DNA of 36,952 bases, taken from positions 1,310,882-1,347,833 of the forward strand of contig MU004192.1 of the NCBI GenBank assembly GCA_010093605.1, given 5' to 3'. Every line of letters begins with the position of its first letter. Position 1 is the stretch's first letter. The notes under the pieces were generated by a model, which saw only the letters and a program-made list of their open reading frames with translations, had not been told where the DNA came from and searched no databases. Shown here piece after piece: positions 20,555 through 33,214 of the stretch. Made by a program: the position numbers and the translations under genes. This stretch comes from Lophium mytilinum. Lineage: Eukaryota.

Positions 20555-21516
20555 TTTGAGATTTTTGGAGCTTCGAGAGCTTCACGTTGACTAGGACAAT
20601 TATGAAGGACAAGATTGAGGCAACAAAATTATGAGGGAAGTGACATCTGAGCTAAGAGCTGAAGTAGAGGAACAAGACAAGTACACAACCCTCACGCTTC
20701 CTAGAAATGTACCTTGAAGCTCGACGGCGTCAGAAATGAAGCTTGCAGGATGAGGGGCACAGCTTCTAGCTCCAAGCCCCAGCTCAGGCGCATCCGCACC
20801 TTAAAGCAAGATCCCAACCCACCTTATCACCTGGTACCTAGCTAGCTAGTTCCAGGCCTTGGCCGGCGCGAGCAAGCAGCATGCAAGCTCGAGATGGTGG
20901 TCAGACCAGCCTCATAGGTCATGCATGCCTGACCCTCGACTAAGCTTCTCGGATGGTGGGGCACCGACCGCCTCGCAAACTCACCCTCCATCGCCGCGAG
21001 ACGTCGTGTTAGCAGGGCAGGTATCAGGGTGGTCCTTGAGCCGCTTGCTCCGCGGTCGAGTTGGCTGTTTGCTAGCCAGCTGTCAGCGGTCATAGTAGCG
21101 GTGATGAGCTGTTTGGCATGGAAGCCCGACTACGGCATCCCAATATTTCAGGGCTGGCGAGCCCAACAGCATTCGTTGCCAAAGATGGAGGACATGGTGG
21201 AGATGGTGGGGATGGGAAAGCAGGATGTGGATGGCCTTGATTTGGCCCTTGTCGAGCGGCTCTTCCGGATCGTGTGCAGCGTGATGCGGCGTCGATTCTG
21301 CAGCCAAGAGTAGGGCAGCAAATCACTGTCAGCCTTTTCTGTCGACGCTCGAGCGTGGGATATGTGAATGTGATTCGCTGGTGCTTGCAAGGGAGGAATG
21401 CAGTTGATTCACGTGATTTGGCGATAGTGTGTTCTTGCAGTCGCGTCTTTCGTGGTTCCCCTCATTCTCATTGACAACCACTCCACCTCAATGCACACGT
21501 TTCACCGCAATATGAT

Positions 21517-22648
21517 ATGACCACGCTGCTGGATGCCAACAAGGACGCCCCCATCTATCCAGCCTTTTACTTCCGTGCTTCGCCCACGTACAATGACTGG
21601 GCGAAGCTGACCGTTCGCGATGTGTATGGGCTAAGGACTGTGCCTGAGTTTGAGGGTATGTACCTTCTCCAGCGCGTCTTACTACTACAGTACTCCGAAA
21701 TGAACCTTATGTCAATTTAGCAACTTCATATGTCTTGAAATTGACATCATTTCATGAATCATCGAATTGTGCTAACGTATTCCGATTACAGCCCAAGGCA
21801 TCTATTTCCACCTCAATCACCCCATCCAATATGTCCGCCTCATCGCCACGGTTGTCGGGATCGATCAAATAAGCAAATACGTAATCCTGAATCTCGATGA
21901 TCATAGCGGCGCGACCATCGAAGCGAAGATAACCCGCCTAGAGCCTAGAGACATTGTCATCCGCGACGCCGAGGACCACCCTGAGAAATATACCCTTCAG
22001 AAACCAAAGCCTAGGCGGTCGGGATACAGATGTGCTGAGAGTTCAAGATTGGAGGACTCGACATTGGAAAGTCCCTATTTCGGCGACTCGTTGTGGGACA
22101 AATCAATTATGGGCAATAAATCAGCCAAGTCAAGGCCACCCACAATCCCGGAGGCAATTCAAGCAATGGCAGCAGCTGGAGTGCGCGAAACCACTATCGC
22201 AAACGTAGAGATCATATCCTCTCTTGGTACCTTCGACGTTGTGGTTGACGGGATCACTCTTGACGTCGGCTCCGTCGTGAAAGTGAAATGTACGATTGGG
22301 AGATTCAGGAACGAGAGGCAGCTCGAAATCAAGCGAATCTGGGTTATCAAGGACACGAACGAGGAAGTGCAGGCATGGGCCGACACGTCGAAATACCGGC
22401 AGACTGTGCTCAGCAAACCGTGGCGGTTGAGTTCGAGGGCACGGAGGAAGTTCGATGAGCAGGTTAAACAAGATCAGAAGCGGCAGACGGAGTATACCCA
22501 GAAGAAAGCAGAGTATGATCGAAGGAAGAAGAGACAGCAAGAAGAGAAAGAAAGGGAATGGGCGACTAAGGTCAGGCGCTGGGAAGAGAGGGAGGAGTTG
22601 AAGAGAAGGGAGAAAGAGAAGCTGTTCAACGAGGGGGCATTGATATGA
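21517..22648 (+). CDS. STN1: CST complex subunit Stn1 (OB-fold telomere protein, 331 aa); exons 21517-21655, 21792-22648
   Basis: YPAFYFRASPTY..W, YFHLNHPIQYVRL, LDDHSGATIE, VGSVVKVK..FRNERQLEIKR..NEEVQAW and LSKPW. Intron GTATGT..GCTAAC..CAG is frame-consistent. Confidence 0.88.
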
Positions 22649-23171
22649 TGGGATCTCACCGAGCTGAGATGAATGCTCCAGTGGTCCATGAAGTTGTCGA
22701 TCGACATTTGATCGAAACGCAACAAATACCCAACTCGACTTTCTCATATCCTGGCTGATGACCACGTCGGGCAGTGCTGAATGGAAGGTGGCCTTAATGA
22801 ACTGAGAACCGCCTGCACTAATTGCACGCCAATTCGACTACTACCGAGCGCTCTTCAATCTACTCTCCCGCTCCCCTGGGGCTTGTGGTCTCTGAATCTA
22901 GGAATTCGAGAGTGTGTAAATGACATGAATCTAAATAGGGGCCCATTCGGCGTTTTGGCGGTCGCTACTGACGAGGCTAGAGATGAAGATACCCTATTTA
23001 TTTTCACTACTTTGAATTTCGAATTCATTCAAGGTGGTTGTTACGCGTCTCATTCGTTTCATGATATATGTTATACAAATGCTAAGCTTCTAGCGTCCCT
23101 GGACTTCATTCATCCAATCCAACCAGCCACGAATCTTCCGTCTATTTACTGCTGTTTAGACGGTCGATACT

Positions 23172-23953
23172 TTAAGGGTTGCCCCTTTTGGCATCCTCCT
23201 CCTTGTTCTTCGGCACACTGATCATCTTCGGCACCGTCACCGCATTGATCTTGCGGAAAGCCTGTTCACAAAAGTCAGCACTCTACATTACTCTCCACAC
23301 CGCATCCCCCTTCATCAACCCACCCCCCAAACCCTCGTCTCCCACACAAAACTCCACATCCACCAACCCCACCCCTCTGCATACCGCACCCACGATCGCA
23401 AACTCAGCACACTCACATTCACAAACGAACTCTCCGGCAAATTCCCACCCCACTTATCCTCCACTTTGACAATCTTCTCCCCCGCCTCATCCGTAAAGAT
23501 CTTGATCACGCTCTCGATCGTCTGCTCCTTCCCAATCCCCTTAACCGTATACTTCGTCTTCATATCCATGGAAATCGGGTTCCCGGCCGACGTCACCTCG
23601 TGCGAGAGCCGCTCGATGCTGGAGAACGCGGACTGCAGGCCGTACCATTGCGCTTCGTATTGCTTGCGGCCTCGCGCGATGGTGATGGGGTCCTCGAAGA
23701 CGGCGTCGTCGGTCCAGAGGGCGAGTTTCTCGAGCGAGGGGCGCCCTGCGAAGAGGTCGAGGATGCTGGTGGTTAGGGTGCGTTGGGTGGGGGTGAGGTC
23801 GACGCCGGGGGCGGTGTTGAGGTTCGTGTTCTCGATGTTTAGGTTGTTGGAGGTGGTCATTTTGGCGGTGGTGATGCGTGGGACTTTGGAGATGGAGGGG
23901 GTTTTAGGGGTGGATTTCAGGGTGCGGATGAGGGATGGGGTAAATAGACGCAT
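23172..23953 (-). CDS. SnoaL/NTF2-like fold fungal protein; exons 23953-23417 (or to 23324), 23261-23172
   Basis: LWTDDAVFEDPITIARGRKQYEAQWYGL..KIVKVEDKW is a SnoaL-like pattern. The last exon AFRKINAVTVPK..NP* follows a GCTGAC..CAG acceptor. Confidence 0.8.
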
Positions 23954-25129
23954 GAGAGTGATTGAAAGGGATAATATTTAAATAGTTTGAATTATTTTGT
24001 GTTCCTTTTGTATGTCGTGATTTTTTGTTCTTCGTCAATTGTCGTCATAGACATGGCGCTTCGCTAAACGCGTCGCTCGCGTTTTTGGGGAAAAGTCATG
24101 ACGCCATTGGAATGGTGGCGCTGAGATGTTTCCCCGGATTCTGCGATCTCGACGGGAAGTCTTTAGATAGAATGATTGATTGGTGTGGACATTGATTTTC
24201 CTAAAAGGGCCTTAATTGGGCTAGATATGCGTGACCCAGGTGCCATGCTTTCGCATAAGAAGATGTTATTCGACGAACAAGCGACAGAACACCCTATGAG
24301 GGATATTGGTATCTAGCATTATGGCCGAGGCTTTGCAGATGAAGCGATAACTGCTAGCGAGAGATATCGACTTACCGAGGCGTTGTATAAGGACTCTCGG
24401 TTGCCGAAGTTAGTGGCTATAAAAAGGCATCAAACCACACGATAGCACAGACGACCAAAAAATACATTCTAGCTCCATCTATTCTCCTTTCCTCCCCTTC
24501 GTCTTCTTGAGAACTGAGCATAACTTGGAAAGGAGGCAACGGGGAGAAAGTAGAAGAAGCAGATATCATATTTACCAGCAAGTAAAGAAACTGCCGCGAT
24601 GTTTATATATGAGGTTTGAAAACGTGCCTACATAGATTTCGGACGAGGACTTACTTATACGAAGGTAGAAGGTTTGGTGTGCGTTTACGATTTTGAACTA
24701 CTATGCATAAAATTTTCTTTCGAAAGAATCGGAAGCTCAATCACCTTGTGCTGCTAGCTTGCCAATTACGCACGCACGATATTGAGACCATCGTGACATT
24801 CCCTGTACTGGCCCATTGCCTAGATCACGGAATATCGCTTAGGCTTAACACGTGAGCAAGCGAGGAAAAATTCCCATCAGTATCGGGTATAAATACAGCT
24901 ATGTCTCCTACCAACACGACAGGTTAGGTCGAGCTTTACACGAAGCAAAAGCGCCCACCACACCACCGCCATGACTGTTGCGCGTGGGTTTGTGTAGAAA
25001 CTACCGCGAAGCAGCTGATTGTGGCTGTGAAACACTAGAAACGCGCCTGTAATGTGGGAGGATGTTGGAAGTTATTAATCTGACGCTCTTAGTCACGTGA
25101 CTTCCGGGACTGCCGGTTACGTGCAGGCC

Positions 25130-27745
25130 TCTCCTATAGTATATATAGGTGATGCCCCTTAAGTTAAATATAATAAGGATTTACTTTAATAGATTATAAG
25201 CCCGGGTACTTTATACCTCTAACCTCTATCTTTACTATATTTAATAGTTATACTAATAACTTTCTTATAATATTTACCTAATATAATACTAAAGAGAAGC
25301 TAAAAGCTAAAAATTCTACTAAGTATATCTTTTCTTCTATATTCTTCTCTATATAAAATTTCTAGATAACCTTACTACTATTATTTTATTTCTTATTATT
25401 AAATTCTATTAAGCTAGTATAGCTTCTATTAGAGTCTATATAGCTATTCTATCTAGGCTAATTTATAAGGGGAAACTATTTACTACTAGATAGTATTTAG
25501 GTAAAAACCTTATTCTCTATTATATCTAGTAATAGGTGCTCTTCTTTTTTATATTTTACTATAGAGAATATATAGTAGGTTTATAAGAACTACTATAAAA
25601 TAAGCTATTAAAATGCGTCTTTCTATATCTATCTAGAAAGGTTTATTATTATTCTTCTAGGTTTAGGCTAAGTAGAATCTAGATATAAGACTAGTATAGA
25701 ATTAGTATAAGGGCCTATATATAAGTAGTATACTTATAGGGCCTTTATTTAAGGTAATAAAGTAAAATAAATAGTAGCTTTATAGGCTATTAAAGATAGA
25801 AAGGCTATATAGTATATAGATAATATATAGTAGAGGTATATAGAAAGTATATAGTTTATAGATAGTCTATTATTTTATAGATAGACTATAAAAATAGAAG
25901 GGCTATAAGTAGCTATATAGAATTTATAGCTATAGTAGTAAGTATAAGTCTCTATAGTATAGCTAATAGCTATAAAAGGGCTAAGAGTATAAAGTATATA
26001 GTTTATAGTCTATAAGTAGAAAGTATATAGCTACTTATAGTAAGTATAAGTCTTTATAGTATAACTAACTAATAGTAGAAGAAAGAAAGCCGCGTATATA
26101 TACTATTATAAAGTAGATAGGCTATTTAGAAATAGAAGAGCTATAAAGAATAGAAAGTATATAGAAAGTATATATTATAGAGTATATAGTAGAGATCTAA
26201 AGCTAACTATCTATACTAAGTACTAATTAAGAGAGGGCGCTAAGGCCTGCTATAGTATAGTTAGAGGTAATAGTAAGGCTATAGATAATAGTAAGGCTAT
26301 TAGTAATAGTAAAGCTATTACTTATAGTAAGGCTATAGATAATAGTAAGGTTATTATTTATAGTAAGGCTATAGGTAATAGTAGAGCTATAGTATTAAGT
26401 AGAAGGGCTAGGTCTACTTTCTTTCTATTTCTCTTACTATTAAAAGGTAGAGTAGCAGGTCTATTCTCTATAGAAACTATCTAGCTACTACTTTAAGTTT
26501 CTTTTTACTTTTATATATTTCCTTATATATTTAAGTCTTTACTTTCTTAAATAGTTTATCTCTATTCTCTATATACCTCTTATAGTTTATTACTATATAG
26601 TATAGTAATTAGAGGCTATACCTATAAAAGTAGGCTAGTATTAGGTAGTCTAGTATCTATATATAGTATAGGTATCTATTAAGCTCTATATACTCTATTT
26701 ATAGATTTATAAAAATAGTACTTTTAATCTTTATAAGCCCTTTATATATAGTCTTCTATTATATACTCTATTTAGTATTAAGGGCCGGTATTAGTAGCCT
26801 ATACTATTCTATTTTATAAAAGAACTTTTATATCTTTTTCTACCTTTCTTTATATTTATATTTAATTATAAATTACCTTAAGTACTTATAGGCTTTATCT
26901 AATTTATCTTTATATCTAGTATATAACCTTATAGCTTTTACTATAAGGTTATAGAGTATATTATAGTAGCTAGAGCTATACTTTAGCCTTATAAGTAGCC
27001 TATAGTAGGTATAGATTTTCTATTATATATTACTATATACTATTTTAATATACTAGTATACTAGCCCTTTATATATATAGTCTATATAAGCTACTATAAG
27101 TTTCTCTAGTTTTAGCTAGAGTAGTAGGTATAATATTTTATATTCTAGTACTATAGTACTTATAGTTTTATATACCCCTAAGATTCTCTAAAGGTATTAG
27201 TTCTAGGCTATTTTAAGCTACTTAATCTTTATTTTACTAAGCTACTCTAGTATACCTAGTATAGTATACTAGGTAGTATATCTATATATAATAGTAGGCT
27301 AGACTACTACTAAGTATATAAGGCGTGCTTTTTTAAAGCTAGTACTTTAAGTAGATACTATAAGCTATATAAGTGCCCCTATCTAGGTTATAGTTTTATT
27401 CTTTATAATACTAATATATAGGCTCTATTTAAGCTTTAAGTCTATCTATACCTCTAGTACTTTTAGATCTATTATAGGGCCCTCTATAAAGCCTTATATA
27501 TTAACTATAGCTTTTAAATTAACTTCTTTATAGGCTCTTATAAAGTATATTAGATAATATTTATCTAGTATAAATACTATACTATACTTTCTTATCTATT
27601 CTATATATTTATTATAGGCTTTTTTAATAGCTTTATAGTTTATCTCTATATATTATAGCTATATAATTGCGTATAATATATAACTAGAGGTTATATAATA
27701 GAGGCTCTATAGAATAGGCAAATATTACTCCGCTCTTTAGGTTAT
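25130..27745. mobile_element. Heavily RIP-mutated repeat, class not identifiable
   Basis: Abrupt switch to extreme AT/TpA richness with near absence of CpA/TpG, and no ORFs. Confidence 0.7.
26268..26393 (+). repeat. 18-bp tandem repeat, ~7 copies, inside the RIP block
   Basis: TAGTAAGGCTAT-type starts at 26271, 26289, 26307, 26325, 26343, 26361 and 26379. Confidence 0.85.
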
Positions 27746-30700
27746 TATAACGTCTATTCTAGAAACCTCTTTCTCTCTTATATTTATTTTTTATTAATAT
27801 TAATACTATTTAATTTAATAATTCTAACGTTCTAACTTTAAGCACTAATATAAGATAAATACCCTTCTAGCTTCCGGGAGTAATAGAAGCACCTCTAGAA
27901 ATTTTCTATAATAGAGTGCGCTCTTATAATAAGCTTTAGTATATATATATATATATCTATAAAGTAACTATTAGTAGTATTATAGACCCCTAATAAAGAC
28001 TATAATATAGTACTTCTATTAGTAGCGCCGCGGGCCCCTAATAAAGTAATCTAGCTATTATATATAAAGCTAGGTAATAGACCTTATAACTATAGTAGCG
28101 CTTATAAGCCCCTATAATAAAGGGGTAGTAGTAGTACTCTAGAAAGTCCCTACTAATTATTAATTACTTTAATAGCTCTATAACTTCTTCTTTTACTATT
28201 ACTATTATTATATAGAGACTAAAGCCTAGAAAGCTTAGTATAGATAATAGCGCGCGCGCGCGCCTAGCGTTACTAATTAATTGCTATTATAGTATAGAGA
28301 CTAACGCCTAGAAAGCTTAGTATTAATAATAGTAAGCTAAGCGCATACCTAGTATTATAAAATAAGCGTTTTCTATAGACTATCTATTTTCTATATACTA
28401 CCTATTTTCTATATACTATTTATTTTCTATATACTATCTACGCCTTATAAATATTATACTTATTATTTACTATAACCCTCTAGGTAGTCCTATAGCTACG
28501 CGTAACTAGTACTATTAGTACTACCCTCTTAAACCTTCTACGTATCTAAGAGTATATAGTAAATAATCTAAATTTAATAGGCCCTTATATATAAATTTAA
28601 TACTTTACCTTTTTAAGTTTTCTTTCTTCTATACTAACTTTTTCTATCTTTTTATATAGCTAACCCTAACTACTATACTTTTAACCGCGCTAAAGCCTTA
28701 TAGTTTAGTAACTCTATCTCTAGTAGATGCTCTACTACTAGACGCCTATTTAGTAACGCTAATAGTATTTCTATTAACCCCCGCCGGATTAGTATTATAT
28801 TATATTAAGAAGGCGCCCTAAATCTATAATATCTTCTTATAGGGGATAATAATAATAATATAATATAAATTAATTATAGCCCGCAGCCTCTACTAGTTTA
28901 ACCCTTTTAAGGCGCAACTTAATTCTAGTTATAGATATTAGCTACTACCTTTTAACTAGCTCTATCTATTAGACTAGTCTCTCTAGTTACACCCGCTAAG
29001 CTATAATATTATTAGACTAAATTTAGGACTATAGGTAAGCCTCTACTGGCCGCTCTAGCTCCTCCTATAATAACTATAGTAGAGGGAACTATACTTTTCT
29101 ATATTAGTAGCTATATACTAGGTAACTTTAATTTACTTAAAAAACCTATAACTACTAATATTAATAATATAACTATAGAACTTAATAATACTACTACTAC
29201 CTATAATAAGAACTTCTTCTCTAATTTTAACTTAGCTAATAAATACAACCGCTAAGAAGAGGAACGCTAGTTTAGTAGTAATATAGATAATAAAGTTAAT
29301 AGACTCTAGATAGCCTACTAAGGTATTAATATTAATATTAATACTTTTAAGGTAATAGCCTACTATAATATAGCCTCTAGGCCTAACTATTAGTCTTATA
29401 ACTCTAACTATCTAAGAATAGTACCTTTCTATAGTATACCTTCCCCTAATATATCCTCTTTATAATACTAGTCTACCCGCGTAGAGTCTATTATTAGATT
29501 TAACACCCCGGACCTAGCTTAGTAAGTAGTAGGTATAGAATAGAGTAATAAAACTAAGACTACTATAATATATGTTAAAGACTATTAATAATTACGCCTT
29601 ATAATTATATAGTAAGCTAATAGCTCTATCTTTAAAATGCGCTATAGAAATAGAGCCTATAAGTAGTATAAGCTATAAACGCTATAGAACCTTATTAAGA
29701 ATATTTAACTTATACTATAATAATAGTAGAATTATATTATATTAGCTTATATAGACTAAATAAACTATAAGTATAAAATAAATATTACTATATAAAAATA
29801 AGACGCCGCTAATACTATAGTTCTTAGCCTAAATAAGAAGTACTTAAATATTAATGTAAAACTCTTTAAGCTTTATATATAAGTATATACCCTTAGTAAT
29901 ATACTAGAAGCTATAAAGATAGACTTAGTATAAGTATATTATAGGTAAGATAAGAAATACACCTAGTTTTAAGCTTAAATAAGCTAGCTTAATAAGCTAG
30001 GTATTATATACTAATAAGCCTTAGACCGCATTACTTAGCTTAAAGCCTAACTTTATTAAAACCTACTAATAGAATAATCTAGTAATACCTACGCAGCTCT
30101 ATAAGAATACTAATTAATTTAACTATAACTCTACTAATAATAGCTCTTCTTTTCTACTAATAGGACTATATATGCTTAACCTAGATAACTTCTAATATAA
30201 TTATATACTAGGTTAGTACTATACTACTATAAAAGGTAGAGGTAATCTAGACCTAAGCTAGCTAGGCGGCTCTATCTAACTATAGGTTTATAGCCCTATA
30301 TACCCTTAATATAGATAACTAGAACCTAGACCTAAATATATATATCTATAGAATTTTAAATTAGAAGCTAAGGTATATATAGCCTAGAAGAATTACCTAA
30401 TTTACTTAGTTTAAGTAGACTAGTAGACTTACCCTACTACTATAACTTAGATCTAGCTTACTATTAGCTATTATAAGGGGCGCGTATATAAGGTTATAGA
30501 AGACTATAGACTTCTTATATCTACTAACCTATATTAATTACTTAATAAGCTTATCTAGGACCTAGACGCTATATTCTAAAAGAGTAATATAGTCTATTAT
30601 AATTACCTTCTTAACTAGCTTAATAGCTATAGTATAAAATAGTATTCTAATAAAAAGATATCTAACTTTCTATAACGCCTTAATATTATTCTTAATAGAC

Positions 30701-33214
30701 TTAAATATAGTTAAATTAATAATAGTCTTATAACTTACTACTAATACCTTAAGGAAACGCTATATATAAATCTTACTAAATATATTAACTTTAGTTTATT
30801 AACCTAGTACTAGGTAAAAGATAATATTCTATATAAAGACTATTACTGCATCTAATAGAAGAAGTAGGCTAAAGATAAACTTCTAGCTGTATAAATCTTA
30901 GTACGCCGCTTAAATAATATATACGCGCAGGATAGCTATTATAATTTAAATTATACTTAATATAGTAAAGTATCTACTATTAAGACTAATAACTATATTA
31001 TAGTTAAGAGAACTACTACTATTCTACTACTAAGTGTCCCACTATACATCCGCCTACACCTTAGTAAGAAAGAACGCTGCTTTAGTTACTTTAAGAAAAA
31101 CTACCGCGCTAGTAACCCTAAGTATCTTATAGTTAGAAAGACTATAATAGAGGCTTAGTATAATAAGCGCCTTATAGCTACTAGAATTAATAATATTAAA
31201 CTTAACGCTTTTAAGTATAGTAGTAATAAGAAGTGCTAGTATAAATATAAATATAAGAACTATAACTAGAAAAAAGATAACTACGCAGTTTACTCTAATT
31301 ACTTGGAAAATGCTTAATCTCTAATAAAAGTTATTATTAGAGATAGTTAGAAGACACGCTAGCTTAAGTTCTTATATATATTTAAGAGCTTAAGCTACCT
31401 TCTTTAAAACTACTAGATATTAAGCTCTCTACATGCGCCATTAGGCTTACTTCTCTCTCTAGTAAGTAGATAGACTTTAACTATAAGATTATTACTTTAA
31501 CTAGAATAGTTAAATTAACTATTCTTATAGACTCTAGATATAGCGGCTTTATATTTATTTCTATAAACTTTATAAATTATTATAAGCTTAACGTCTATAA
31601 GGCTACTCTATATAATATTAAACTACTAAATAGTTTTATATTAGTTATTAATAAAGCAGCTAAAGTTACTATATAGATTAAAGGCTACTATAATAAGTTC
31701 TAGGCTCTAATCTATAACCTAAAGGGCTATAATATTATTCTTAGTATAGGCTAGCTTATAACGCATAATACTTATATAAAGTTTAGTACCTAAATAATAT
31801 AGCTAGATTTAGACTATTATTATTCTTAATACCTAGTTAATTATAAACTAGTCTATATCTAGTTTAAAGACTCTATTACTTATATAGGTAAGCGCCTATT
31901 CTAGTAGAAGCTTAACGCTTAGCTTACTACTTTTAAAGTACTTAATATTAATATAGTATCTAGTAATAAGTATTTATATAACTTCTAGTAATTACTAGAA
32001 AAAAATACTATCTATATATAGCCTAAATACTTTAAGCTAGCGCTTATAGATAAGAAAATAGAAGCCTAAGCGCGCGCTAATAAACGCCTATATAAACTAG
32101 AAGATATTATTCTAGGCCTAGCTAATTTTATAAATAACCTAGCGGCTATTAGCCTATATATAATATTAAAAGATAACTAATAGAAATTCTTTAAAAAGAT
32201 AGAGCGTAAACTAATAACCTATAATAAACTTAAGGTATTAGTATCTATAGAATATTACGGCTTTCTTAATATATAGAACCTAAAGAAAGCTAATAAGCTA
32301 CTACCGCGTTATAAAGTAAAAGATAGTATAGATATTAACTATTATATTAATATTAAACTAGAAATAAAGGCACTAGCGCGTAAGGTCTATAGACTCTTAT
32401 ATAATAAGATACTAGTTATAAAAATATTTATTAATAAGATATATAGTAAGAGCTATATTAGAAAAAGTAATAGCTAATATATAGCTTCTATTATTATTAT
32501 CTATAAGCTAGGCGGAGGCCTACGCATCTATATTAATTACTAAGGCCTTAACACTATTATAGTTAAGGCCTATAATATTCCTCTAGCTATAAAGAATACT
32601 TTAGCCTTACTTAAATACGCCTAATACTATACTAAGTTTAATATTATTACTGCTTTTAATACTATCTAAATATAAGAGGGCGATAAAAAGTATATAGCGT
32701 TTCTTATAAGATATAGCCTATTTAAATTTACTATTCTACCTTTTAGCTTCTATAATACTCTAGCGACGTTTTAAGCCTTTATTAATAACATTCTCTTAAA
32801 ATACTTAGATAATTTCTATACCGCTTATCTTAATAATATTCTTATTTTTAGCAAGATATTAGAAGAATATATAGAATATATTAAGAAGGTTCTCTAGTAA
32901 CTCTATAAGGCTAGTCTCTTTCTTAATATTACTAAGTATAAATTCTATAAATAAGAGGTTAAATATCTAGGCGTTATTATTAGCGTAGACGGCCTTAAAA
33001 TAAATCTAGCTAAGGTTAAGATAGTTATTAACTAGCTATAACTATAGAATCTCTATAATATATAAGCTTTTCTAGGCTTCTATAACTTCTACTAGTAATT
33101 TATTATTACTTACTCTAATATTATAGAACCCCTTATAAGACTTACTAGGGTAGAGGTCTATAAGTAGTTTACCTTTCTATAGTAGAAAGGTAGCTTAGAG
33201 AACTTCTTCTTTAA
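27746..33214 (+). mobile_element. RIP-inactivated Ty3/Gypsy LTR retrotransposon (putative 5' LTR ~27746-28449, gag to 31317, pol interrupted after RT)
   Basis: Reading through RIP changes gives a zinc knuckle at 31078 (C-x2-C-x4-H-x6-C), protease D-S-G at 31530, K(P)GGGLR at 32505, ATF(Q)AFIN and YL(DD)ILIFS at 32826, KYLG, and FLGF(C)NFY. Protease and RT motifs share one frame. LTR limits are approximate. Confidence 0.9.

Noticed and set aside
20842..21474. Short ORFs in the divergent promoter between the GPI-type gene and STN1
   Set aside because: Mutually overlapping with no motifs or clear splice structure.
21656..21690. Possible stwintron in the STN1 intron (also GH31 intron 726-902)
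   Set aside because: The inner intron would be too short or lack a branch point, and the rebuilt donors are non-consensus or break the frame.
28660..28670. TAACCCTAAC telomere-like motif
   Set aside because: Under two units, inside RIP'd gag where TAA is generated by mutation.
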